Of a DNA stretch of 36,524 nucleotides, positions 15,267 through 23,007 are shown in pieces; position 1 is the stretch's first letter, and each line of letters opens with the position of its first letter. Source of the DNA: Parcubacteria group bacterium (GTDB lineage Bacteria; Patescibacteriota; Minisyncoccia; Phycocordibacterales; Phycocordibacteraceae). Made by a program: the position numbers and the translations under genes. The notes under the pieces are model-generated. The model saw only the letters and a list, made by a program, of their open reading frames with translations, was not told the origin of the DNA and searched no databases. The stretch spans positions 1 to 36,524 of the forward strand of contig JAQBRK010000002.1 in NCBI GenBank assembly GCA_028286505.1, written 5' to 3'.

Positions 15267-15517
15267 TGCACTACTATCGCAAAAGCTAGTAGGCGAGTAA
15301 AGCTTTTTACCAAGACGAATGTCCGACATGCCACTTATGGCAGTAAGGGCAGCGATACGCATGAACCCCGCCGCCCATACGGCCGGCTTCACGCGCTGCG
15401 CTCCCTTGCGTACGGTGCGTTACTTTTCGCCAGCAAGTGCGATACCTGCGCCGGAAGAAGCGATAAATCATTCCAATCATTGCTCAAGTATACGCACGAT
15501 TGAATAAGACATAGAAC

Positions 15518-15545
15518 AAGACCGTCGGCTGAAGCCGGCGGTCTT
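15518..15545. other. Orphan GC-rich hairpin in a gene-free spacer
   Basis: AAGACCGTCGGC-TGAA-GCCGGCGGTCTT, a 12-bp stem with one G-T pair. There is no flanking T-run and no convincing gene ending nearby. Confidence 0.35.
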
Positions 15546-15705
15546 GGGTTATCTTCAGCAGACACCGTTACGTCTCACCAGACGTGCACAGTGCATGACG
15601 AACCGAACTTACCGTTCGCTCCGGTTCTTCCGGATGAGTTCGTAGAGCATCGGCCTGACATGCATCGGAGCAGTAGAAGAGATTCCCGCCCACAAGAAGA
15701 ATATC

Positions 15706-15752
15706 TTGGCAGGAATTGCAGAAGCCCGTGACAAGGTTCTTCACAACCTATC
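15706..15752 (+). repeat. Possible degenerate seventh copy of the island module (opposite orientation)
   Basis: TTGGCAGGAATTGCAGAAGCCCGTGACAAGGTTCTTCACAACCTATC. It shares the blocks TTGG.A, TGCA, CGTGA.A and GGTTCT with the core, and ACAACCTATC with its reverse arm. Confidence 0.35.
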
Positions 15753-15844
15753 TCCATTTCTGACTCTAGTGAGCATGGCACGCCCACTCCTCTTTTCAAA
15801 CGTAAGCATGCGAACTGTCGGCGCTCGGTATATACTGCACGCAT

Positions 15845-16180
15845 ATGGAAAAATTCATCGCAATATACCGTGCGCCAGCAGCAGCAATGGAGGAGTGGGC
15901 TAAGACGGACCCCGAAGTACGAAAAGCAGCAGAAGCAAAGATGCAGAGCGACTGGCAAGAATGGGCCACTAGTCACAAAGACGCAGTTCAGATGAGTGCT
16001 GGGCTCGGAAAGACCAAGGTAGTTAGTTCCGAAGGAGTGGCAGACGGTAAGAACGACTTGATGCTGTACTCGGTCGTTGAAGCAGAAAACCAGGATGCTG
16101 CGGCGGAGATGTTCGAAGGACATCCGCATTTCGGCATACCGGGAGCGACCATTGAAATAATGACGAGCAAGCCGATTTAA
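15845..16180 (+). CDS. Hypothetical small soluble protein (111 aa)
   Basis: ORF with TATACT at 15831-15836, 8 nt before the ATG. Family not named. Confidence 0.6.
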   Translation: MEKFIAIYRAPAAAMEEWAKTDPEVRKAAEAKMQSDWQEWATSHKDAVQMSAGLGKTKVVSSEGVADGKNDLMLYSVVEAENQDAAAEMFEGHPHFGIPGATIEIMTSKPI

Positions 16181-16182
16181 GC

Positions 16183-16488
16183 ATGACCATTATCCTTTTC
16201 GTTCTCGGATTCGTTCTCGGCGCAGGCGCACTGGTGTTCGCACTTCAGAACAACGAAATCGTTTCGCTTACGTTCCTCGGATGGCAGTTCGATAGCTCGC
16301 TCGCGCTCCTCGTTATCGTGAGTGTGGCCGTTGGTATTCTCATCAGCATGCTCGCATTCCTGCCGTCGGCACTTGCCGGTAGTTTCCGCATCATGGGACT
16401 CAAGAAAGAGAACAAAAAACTCGCAGAAACCCTTGAAGCGCATCAGCAGCCGCAAACCGTCGTCATAACGACCGACCCGCTTCCGTAA
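16183..16488 (+). CDS. LapA-domain (DUF1049-like) membrane protein
   Basis: 'LGFVLGAGALVFALQNNEIVSLTFLGWQF..SLALLVIVSVAVGILI' shows the typical two-TM LapA-domain pattern. Confidence 0.65.
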   Translation: MTIILFVLGFVLGAGALVFALQNNEIVSLTFLGWQFDSSLALLVIVSVAVGILISMLAFLPSALAGSFRIMGLKKENKKLAETLEAHQQPQTVVITTDPLP

Positions 16489-16491
16489 CCG

Positions 16492-16872
16492 CTAAGCAGG
16501 GTTCGCAGAAAGACGCTTTTTCCAAAGCGTATAGGGGACGAACATGAATGCCAAGAACACGAGCGGCATGACGATGTTGATCGGGCTTCCCTGAATGAAG
16601 AACCAGGACGCTGCAGCTCCAATACAATCGATGGCATAGCCTGCAAACGCCCATTCTTTAATCGTGCGGTATTTGTTCTGGAAGATGGCAATTGCACCGA
16701 TGATTTTCGCTACACCGGTAATGGTAAGCACATAGAGAGGGTAGCCGAGCTGTGTTAGGGAATCTGCTCCCGCAGCTACGTGGAATACTCCGGCAAGTCC
16801 GTCGGCAATGAGCCACAAGCAGAGTAGAGAGATGGTTACCCAGTAGAGAATTGAACGTGTCTTTGTTTTCAT
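16492..16872 (-). CDS. DoxX-like family membrane protein
   Basis: 126 aa with four TM segments. 'YWVTISLLCLWLIADGLAG' and 'TGVAKIIGAIAIF' are DoxX-like. CATACT (minus strand, 16884-16879) lies 6 nt before the ATG. Confidence 0.7.
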   Translation of the reverse strand: MKTKTRSILYWVTISLLCLWLIADGLAGVFHVAAGADSLTQLGYPLYVLTITGVAKIIGAIAIFQNKYRTIKEWAFAGYAIDCIGAAASWFFIQGSPINIVMPLVFLAFMFVPYTLWKKRLSANPA

Positions 16873-16935
16873 GGGTGCAGTATGTCACGTTACGCGATTA
16901 TTCTCATGAGGCGCGGATTCACGTAGAATGTCTCT

Positions 16936-17562
16936 ATGATTCGCAAACCCGACGTTAAACGCGAGAAACTCATCCACGTAACCGTGGGGAGCGGCACCGA
17001 GCTTATTATGGAGGAATCGCTCATCGTCGGAGCTGATCTGGGAGAGCGGAAGCTAGAAACGTTGAACTTTACGGAATGCGTCGTTGAAAACAGCTCGTTC
17101 GACGGGGCGAAAATAGCCGAGGCCACCATTTCTGATTGCATACTCGAGAAGTGCAGCTTCACCGCTACGGAGCTATTCGAAACAAGTTTTAATCGCGTAC
17201 TTATAAAGGGAACGCGTTTTCAGGGAGCAACACTCGCCGAATCGGACCTGCGCGACGTGCAGTTCAATGCATCAAAACTCGACGGCGCGAACTTCAGGTT
17301 CAGCAAACTCAAGGACGTCGTATTTGATACGTGCGAAATGACGGAATGCGATTTCCTGCGTGCGGAGCTTGAAGATGTGGAATTCCGCAACTGCAATCTC
17401 ACCGGAGCCCAGTTCGTTTCAGGCAAGCTCGACGGTGTAGCGTTCCCGGGTTCGAATCTCGAAAATCTCCATATAGATAAAACGAGCATCGCTGACGTGA
17501 GCGTGTCTTCGGAACAGGCACTGTATCTTTCAGGCGTGTTCGGTTTACATATTAAGGACTAG
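16936..17562 (+). CDS. Pentapeptide-repeat protein
   Basis: Long run of A(D/N)LxX-type pentapeptides, for example 'ATLAESDLRDVQFNASKLDGANFRFSKLKDVVFDTCEMTECDFLRAELEDVEF'. TAGAAT at 16924-16929 lies 6 nt before the ATG. Confidence 0.85.
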   Translation: MIRKPDVKREKLIHVTVGSGTELIMEESLIVGADLGERKLETLNFTECVVENSSFDGAKIAEATISDCILEKCSFTATELFETSFNRVLIKGTRFQGATLAESDLRDVQFNASKLDGANFRFSKLKDVVFDTCEMTECDFLRAELEDVEFRNCNLTGAQFVSGKLDGVAFPGSNLENLHIDKTSIADVSVSSEQALYLSGVFGLHIKD

Positions 17563-17577
17563 GCATACCATACATCC

Positions 17578-18063
17578 ATGACCGAAGGATTTATTTTGCG
17601 CGAAAACGCTCCGAGTAACATTACGCTCCGTAAAGCAACTCCAAGCGATCTGGCTTTCCTGTATCGCGTTTCTACTGAAGCAATGCGTCCGGTAACGGAA
17701 GCGGGAACTGCAACGCAAAATGACGCGGGTGAAGAATATGAAAAATATAAAGCGAAATTCGACCCGGAAAAAATCGATATCATTCAATACAATGGCAAAG
17801 ATGTCGGGCGGCTCCGCGTAGTGAGATCGGAAGCATCCATCTATGTGGGCGGTATACAGATACTTCCGGAGTACCAAGGAAAGGGTATCGGCACTTCACT
17901 TTTTACCGACCTGATACAAGAATCAATAACGTCGAACCTCCCCATTACGCTTGAAGTACATGATATTAATACGGGCGCACGGGCTTTCTACGAAAACCTC
18001 GGCTTCGAGTACGGCGAAAAGAAAAATGATCAGACCATCATGATATATAACCCGGTAGGTTAA
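17578..18063 (+). CDS. GNAT family N-acetyltransferase
   Basis: Acetyl-CoA binding motif 'ILPEYQGKGIGTSLF' and the C-terminal 'ARAFYENLGF'. Confidence 0.85.
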   Translation: MTEGFILRENAPSNITLRKATPSDLAFLYRVSTEAMRPVTEAGTATQNDAGEEYEKYKAKFDPEKIDIIQYNGKDVGRLRVVRSEASIYVGGIQILPEYQGKGIGTSLFTDLIQESITSNLPITLEVHDINTGARAFYENLGFEYGEKKNDQTIMIYNPVG

Positions 18064-18144
18064 TGAACCCTTCATCCGGGGTGTGGCATTGTCCCGTTCA
18101 TGCGCGCTCGGCCGCGCATTGTCTTATTACCTAGTACCACCACA

Positions 18145-18903
18145 ATGAAACAATTCAGCGCACTCGCTCTCTCGCTCACATTCGGCCTTTCGGGCGCAGG
18201 CACCGCGCTTGCGGCCAACACAGTTACCGGTGCCGTTCAATCCGGCACTACTATAACCACAGGAACGTCAAACGGTTCCTCAAGTGCGAATTCCGGTACG
18301 AACGTCTCGGGCGGCACGAACGGTTCTGACACCTCCGTATCCGGTAACGGTTCGTCGAACACCACTAGCGGCAGCGCAACCTCCGACACTTCGTCCTCCG
18401 CAGGTCTCAACATAAACCTCATGCAGGGCGATGTTCAGAATTCGACCACCGGCGTTACCGTTACCAGTGCTTTGGACGTAACGACGAACGACTCGCTTTC
18501 CGCCTACGCGAACTCCGTAGTAAAAGGTGATACGAACGTCGACGCCGTAGCGGTAAATGACCAAGGTATGGATATGACGTATCGTCGTCCTGCTCATTTC
18601 CTCGGATTCATCCCTGCTTCGATGAAGGTCAGGGTGCATCTCGATAACAATGGTGCCGTATCGGTGCACTACCCTTGGTACGCGTTCCTTATGAGCGGTA
18701 CGGAGGCGCGCGCCGATCTTGAGAGCAAGCTTCAGGCGCAAGTTACGTCGATGCAGTCTGCAGAAGCTACTGCTTCGGCTAAGGCTTCTGCCTCCGCTTC
18801 AAGCATGACGAACCGCATGCGCGCGATGATACTGGAGAAACTCCAGGCCGCGCTTCATGCAGGCGTCTCCGCTGATGCTTCGGCAAGCGCAAATAGTCAA
18901 TAA
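18145..18903 (+). CDS. Secreted Ser/Thr/Gly-rich protein with a conserved C-terminal domain (paralog of 23008-23673)
   Basis: Signal peptide 'MKQFSALALSLTFGLSGAGTALA', a low-complexity S/T/G/N region, and a C-terminal block 'MTYRRPAHFLGFIPASMKVRVHLDNNGAVSVHYPWYAFL'. Confidence 0.7.
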   Translation: MKQFSALALSLTFGLSGAGTALAANTVTGAVQSGTTITTGTSNGSSSANSGTNVSGGTNGSDTSVSGNGSSNTTSGSATSDTSSSAGLNINLMQGDVQNSTTGVTVTSALDVTTNDSLSAYANSVVKGDTNVDAVAVNDQGMDMTYRRPAHFLGFIPASMKVRVHLDNNGAVSVHYPWYAFLMSGTEARADLESKLQAQVTSMQSAEATASAKASASASSMTNRMRAMILEKLQAALHAGVSADASASANSQ

Positions 18904-18918
18904 TAGAATGTCTCTGAT

Positions 18919-18944
18919 AAAACCGGCCGCCTGCGGCCGGTTTT
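18919..18944 (+). terminator. Intrinsic terminator
   Basis: AAAACCGGCCGC-CT-GCGGCCGGTTTT followed by a T-run. Confidence 0.8.
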
Positions 18945-19039
18945 ATCGTATAAAAAAGTGACCTCCGCTGGGGCGGAAATCATATTTGGATTCTCCTTGC
19001 GTTTCTTCATGTGCGAATGTGGCGTAGAATGCTAGGACA

Positions 19040-20179
19040 ATGAAAAAAGCTCCGGCAGATAAGAGCAAAAAAAATCCCAAAGGGAAATCCTATGCCGTCA
19101 TGGGTGCGCTCGTACTGGTCGTGGTCGGCGTATTCGTCGTGCTTCCGGAAGTGTTCGCCGGCCGCTATGACCGAGCGGAAGCGCAAGGCACTTCGACGGT
19201 AAAGAGTCTCCTCATGCCTAAAATGCCCGCAGCTCCCGTAACGCTCGATACGAAAGAATACGACCGCTTGATGCTCAAGCTCGCCAATTATCCGGTGAGT
19301 ACCGCATCCACGACCGCGAGTACCGCTACCGCGAGTACGACAGTCGTAAAAGTTAAGCCATGGCCGGCAAATACCACCGTGTATCCGAAGGTCGGTGCAA
19401 TATTGCCGTACAAGCGCGTTATCGCGTATTACGGCAACTTCTACTCGACCAAAATGGGCGTGCTCGGCGAGTATTCGCGAGAAGTCGTGAAGCAGAAACT
19501 GCTTGCCGAAATGAAAGCTTGGGACGCAGCTGACCCGACAACGCCAACCATCGCCGCAATCGATTACATTGCGGTTACCGCGCAGGGCACACCTCAGTCC
19601 GACGGCACCTATCGCCTGCGTATGCCGGGAACGGAAATCCAAAAGGCTATTGACCTCGCGGCTGAAGTGCACGGTATCGTCATCCTCGACGTCCAGGTGG
19701 GTCTTTCGGACCTTCCTCGCGAACTACCGCGCCTCGAGCCGTACCTCAAGCAGGCGAACGTGCATCTCGCCATCGACCCGGAATTCGCGATGCATAACGG
19801 CGTGAAGCCCGGCCGCGTCATCGGCACCATGAGTTCGAGTGATGTTAATTACGCTGCCACCTTCCTCCAGAAGCTCGTCATCGACAACAATCTCCCTCCG
19901 AAGATACTCGTCGTGCACCGCTTCACCGAAGATATGGTGACCGGCTACAGGAACATCAAGCCTCTTCCGGAAGTGCAGATAGTCGTCGACATGGACGGTT
20001 GGGGATTTGCCGCGAAGAAACTGAATACATACAAGCAGGTGATAACCACCGAGCCGATACAATTCGCGGGGTTCAAACTGTTCTATAAGAACGATCTGAA
20101 GCCGCCTTCTACGCGTATGCTCACGCCTGCGGAACTCCTGAAATTACAACCGGCGCCTATTTTTATCCAGTATCAGTAG
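19040..20179 (+). CDS. Membrane-anchored extracytoplasmic protein, function unknown (379 aa)
   Basis: Basic N-terminus plus TM 'AVMGALVLVVVGVFVVL'. Conserved-looking C-terminal region ('LAIDPEFAMHNG', 'VVDMDGWG'). TAGAAT at 19025-19030 lies 9 nt before the ATG. Confidence 0.7.
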   Translation: MKKAPADKSKKNPKGKSYAVMGALVLVVVGVFVVLPEVFAGRYDRAEAQGTSTVKSLLMPKMPAAPVTLDTKEYDRLMLKLANYPVSTASTTASTATASTTVVKVKPWPANTTVYPKVGAILPYKRVIAYYGNFYSTKMGVLGEYSREVVKQKLLAEMKAWDAADPTTPTIAAIDYIAVTAQGTPQSDGTYRLRMPGTEIQKAIDLAAEVHGIVILDVQVGLSDLPRELPRLEPYLKQANVHLAIDPEFAMHNGVKPGRVIGTMSSSDVNYAATFLQKLVIDNNLPPKILVVHRFTEDMVTGYRNIKPLPEVQIVVDMDGWGFAAKKLNTYKQVITTEPIQFAGFKLFYKNDLKPPSTRMLTPAELLKLQPAPIFIQYQ

Positions 20180-20311
20180 CAGCGATTCCAGAAAAGCCTC
20201 GTCTGCGTTGTTGCCAGTTCGTGCTCACTCGTCACCGTACGTTAGTACGGCTCCTCATTCGCACTTCTGGCGCCTTGCATCCAAGACCTTTCTGCAACCT
20301 CTGGAACGCGT

Positions 20312-21076
20312 TTACAGACCGAGAGATTCGAGGAAGATAGCGAGTTCCTTTCCGTCGAGGCGCCGGTAGGCGCCGGGCGCGAGCTTGCCGAGTTCGATGT
20401 TCATGATGCGAACGCGACGGAGATCCTGCACTTCGTTGTGCATCGCAACCACCATGCGACGGATCTGATGCTTCTTACCTTCGGTGATGGTAATGCGGAA
20501 GCGTTGGTCAGCGAGCACTTCCACTTTCGAGGCCTTCGTGAGGTAGCCTTCGATATCCACGCCCTTCTCCATATATTCCGCAAACGAAGCGCGTAGCGGC
20601 ATCTTCGTCGTTACCTCGTAGGTTTTCTCATGGTCGTAGGCCGGGTTCAAAAGGCGATCGGTGATACGGCCGTCGTTCGTGAGCAGAAGCAGTCCCGACG
20701 AGGCCTTATCAAGGCGACCGAGCGGAAAGAGCTTGAGGCGCTTCAAGTCGCTCGGAAGCATGTCGAGAACATCCTTCTCTCCTTTCTCTTCGGATTGCGT
20801 AATGAGGTCCTTCGGCTTATGGAAGGCGAGATACACATAGCTCTTGGGTGCACGGCCTTTTACCTCAACGGTATCAGTCTCGAGGACCTTGTCGCCGAGC
20901 TTGGCTTTCACGCCGTTCAAGAACACCTGACCTTTCTCTATGATGGTATCGGCTTCGCGACGGGTAGCGTGGCCCTTATGCGCTAGGAATTTGTTGATGC
21001 GCATGGGAAATACCGCCTCGATACTTTGAGGCGGCTTCGTATCTTTCATCTTCTTGCGGCGTGGAGGAGGGGGCAT
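20312..21076 (-). CDS. Pseudouridine synthase, RsuA/RluB family (S4 domain plus catalytic domain)
   Basis: S4 domain 'RINKFLAHKGHATRREADTIIEKGQVFLNG' and the catalytic 'PLGRLDKASSGLLLLTNDG'. TATAGT (minus strand, 21090-21085) lies 8 nt before the ATG at 21076. Confidence 0.9.
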   Translation of the reverse strand: MPPPPRRKKMKDTKPPQSIEAVFPMRINKFLAHKGHATRREADTIIEKGQVFLNGVKAKLGDKVLETDTVEVKGRAPKSYVYLAFHKPKDLITQSEEKGEKDVLDMLPSDLKRLKLFPLGRLDKASSGLLLLTNDGRITDRLLNPAYDHEKTYEVTTKMPLRASFAEYMEKGVDIEGYLTKASKVEVLADQRFRITITEGKKHQIRRMVVAMHNEVQDLRRVRIMNIELGKLAPGAYRRLDGKELAIFLESLGL

Positions 21077-21161
21077 CGTTTCATACTATAGGGTTCGCGT
21101 CGGATTTGATAGGGATTGGGAGCGTGGTATAACGGTGCCTGGCAGCGAGAAAGGACACGCG

Positions 21162-21680
21162 ATGAGCCGAGCATGGAATTTTCGCGGCTTCCTGGAAGGA
21201 TGCGATCGCGATTTCGGAACCTTCATTCTGCGAGATATTACGGAGACGACCGATGGCGAACTGGTGTGCAAGATCAAGACCACGTTCATGCGAAAGCTCT
21301 ATGACGAGGAGGAACTGGAATGCGGCTTCTTCGCCTCCTGGAATCCCGAATTCGGCGTACTGAAGTTCTTGTACCGCATCAATACTCAAATTCACGCCAA
21401 TTGGTACGGTCAAGTACTTGAGTTCCTAAATACGAACACGCCGGAGCTCCCTTTGGCGCTTGCCGCGACCATTGAAGTTCCGTTTGAGGATAATGAAGAT
21501 CTTCAAATCCAATTGGCTTGCAGGTGGTCATTAGCCTTCAATCCTGCAGTATTCGGACGTCCGCTTACGAAGGTCGCTCTGCAGACCCTCATCCAAAAAA
21601 ATTTGACGCGCTTATGCGCTGAATCCATCCAACTGTACATGGAACTGATGAAAGCCATTTCCTCGTATAGCGAGCATTAA
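21162..21680 (+). CDS. Hypothetical protein (172 aa)
   Basis: The ATG at 21162 is preceded by AAAGGA, 7 nt upstream. The upstream ORF extension overlaps the divergent rsuA-like start region. No confident domain. Confidence 0.5.
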   Translation: MSRAWNFRGFLEGCDRDFGTFILRDITETTDGELVCKIKTTFMRKLYDEEELECGFFASWNPEFGVLKFLYRINTQIHANWYGQVLEFLNTNTPELPLALAATIEVPFEDNEDLQIQLACRWSLAFNPAVFGRPLTKVALQTLIQKNLTRLCAESIQLYMELMKAISSYSEH

Positions 21681-21684
21681 GCCG

Positions 21685-21706
21685 GGGCCGCCTTCTTAGG
21701 CGGCCC
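21685..21706 (+). terminator. Intrinsic terminator
   Basis: GGGCCGCC-TTCTTA-GGCGGCCC followed by TTTG. Confidence 0.75.
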
Positions 21707-21711
21707 TTTGC

Positions 21712-21799
21712 TATACCCCTTACCACTTTTAGATACAGTTATAGGTGCGGAGCGTACGACTGAGGAGAAGGTTCTCAGTAGAAAGTGGTAAGGGGTATA
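21712..21799. repeat. Inverted-repeat element copy 1 (18-bp arms, 52-bp centre)
   Basis: TATACCCCTTACCACTTT (21712-21729) and AAAGTGGTAAGGGGTATA (21782-21799) are perfect complements. The right arm ends in TATACT (21796-21801), 6 nt before the ATG at 21808. Confidence 0.9.
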
Positions 21800-21807
21800 C
21801 TCCACAT

Positions 21808-22041
21808 ATGAAAATACCTCCGGGCCTCTACCACCACTACAAGGACAAGACGAAGCTCTACGACGTGATGGGGGTAGCCTTCCAGACCGAGACCGAAGAG
21901 GAACTCGTCGTGTACCGACCGCTGTATGAGGTTGAGCATGAGTTTTTTGCTCGCCCGCTTGCCATGTTCCTTGAGAACGTCGACGTGCCCGAGCTCGGAT
22001 ATTCCGGCCCACGCTTCGTATTCGTCCGCGAGAAGCAATAA
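21808..22041 (+). CDS. DUF1653-like small protein (77 aa)
   Basis: 'YHHYKDKTKLYDVMGVAFQTETEEELVVYRPLY...FARPLAMF' matches the DUF1653 pattern, judged from memory. The start was chosen downstream of the non-coding inverted repeat. Confidence 0.7.
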   Translation: MKIPPGLYHHYKDKTKLYDVMGVAFQTETEEELVVYRPLYEVEHEFFARPLAMFLENVDVPELGYSGPRFVFVREKQ

Positions 22042-22103
22042 AAGGCTCCTAATCTGGGGAAAACCCCGAATAGTCGATTGCGCTCCACGGCGGGCGGGCT
22101 ACC

Positions 22104-22394
22104 ATGGGGGGACGGATGAGCGAATTTCTCAAGATGGACATTTTCTTCGTGGTGACAACCGTCGCCGTCGTTGTCATGACTATCCTCTTGGCGCTATGCC
22201 TCATTCGCGTGCTTCGGATACTTAAGAACATCGAAGACATATCGGTACTGGTAGAAGAGGAAGGTCAGAAGTTCCGCGAAGACATTGCCGACGTTCGCAA
22301 GAGCGTCCGCGAGGAAGGTCTGCGCGCAAAGCACCTCCTCAGCTTTCTCGGTACCGGTAAACGCCGTTCCCGGAAAAAATCCGATAGCGCCTAA
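22104..22394 (+). CDS. Small single-TM protein with a charged helical tail
   Basis: TM 'IFFVVTTVAVVVMTILLALCLI' followed by a charged helix. The start is uncertain (22104, 22116 or 22134). Confidence 0.5.
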   Translation: MGGRMSEFLKMDIFFVVTTVAVVVMTILLALCLIRVLRILKNIEDISVLVEEEGQKFREDIADVRKSVREEGLRAKHLLSFLGTGKRRSRKKSDSA

Positions 22395-22416
22395 CAGTAA
22401 TTTTCAAAACAGATCT

Positions 22417-22911
22417 ATGGCCACTACGAAGAAACAGACAGCTAAGAAAGCAACCGGCACGAAGAAGACTTCGAAGAAGGGTATGTCCACCGCAACGAAG
22501 GTAGAGGTAGGTGCAGCAGCACTCGCTGCAGCTGCAGCAGCAGGAGCCGCGGGGTATTACTTCTATGGCACGAAGAGCGCGAAGAAGCATCGTCAGGCGG
22601 CAAGCACGTGGGCAAAGGGCATGAAGCGCGACGTGGTGAAGAAGGCGAAGGCCATCAAGAACCTCGACGCAAAGTCCATCGCGCGTATCGTTGACGAAGC
22701 AGCAGCTGCTTACCAGGGAGTACGCGGCGTTGCCGCAAGCGACCTCGGTCACGCGGCGCTTGAGCTCAAGCGCAACTGGAAGGAAGTACAGCGCGAGCTC
22801 GAACCGTCGGCTACGGTGAAGAAGAACGTGAAAAAGGTACAGACCACGGTTAAGAAGACGGTCGGCAAAGTAATGCCGAAGAAGACTGCCAAAAAGTCTT
22901 CGAAGCGTTAG
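22417..22911 (+). CDS. Lysine-rich YtxH-like protein (164 aa)
   Basis: Lys-rich ends and an Ala/Gly hydrophobic segment 'GAAALAAAAAAGAAGYYFYG'. The ATG at 22417 is preferred over the upstream extension. Confidence 0.6.
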   Translation: MATTKKQTAKKATGTKKTSKKGMSTATKVEVGAAALAAAAAAGAAGYYFYGTKSAKKHRQAASTWAKGMKRDVVKKAKAIKNLDAKSIARIVDEAAAAYQGVRGVAASDLGHAALELKRNWKEVQRELEPSATVKKNVKKVQTTVKKTVGKVMPKKTAKKSSKR

Positions 22912-22929
22912 CCCAAGTCCTCAAAGTTC

Positions 22930-22967
22930 GAAACAGTACGGTCTCCGCGAGGAGACCGTACTGTTTC
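22930..22967 (+). terminator. Strong intrinsic terminator (17-bp stem)
   Basis: GAAACAGTACGGTCTCC-GCGA-GGAGACCGTACTGTTTC. Confidence 0.8.
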
Positions 22968-23007
22968 GTTAACGCTCGCTTCACCTTGCTCCGAGTATAA
23001 GTAAGGA

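Noticed and set aside
15319-15507. 62-aa ORF ending 10 nt before the orphan hairpin at 15518-15545.
   Set aside because: The Arg/Ala/Pro-rich translation has no start signals and no recognisable features. It also overlaps the open upstream extension of the MFS reading frame.
16924-18915. Exact 12-mer TAGAATGTCTCT at 16924-16935 (promoter and leader of the pentapeptide gene) and again at 18904-18915 (just after the stop of the secreted protein gene).
   Set aside because: There is no extended similarity on either side and no start codon after the second copy. It is too short to interpret without a genome-wide count.
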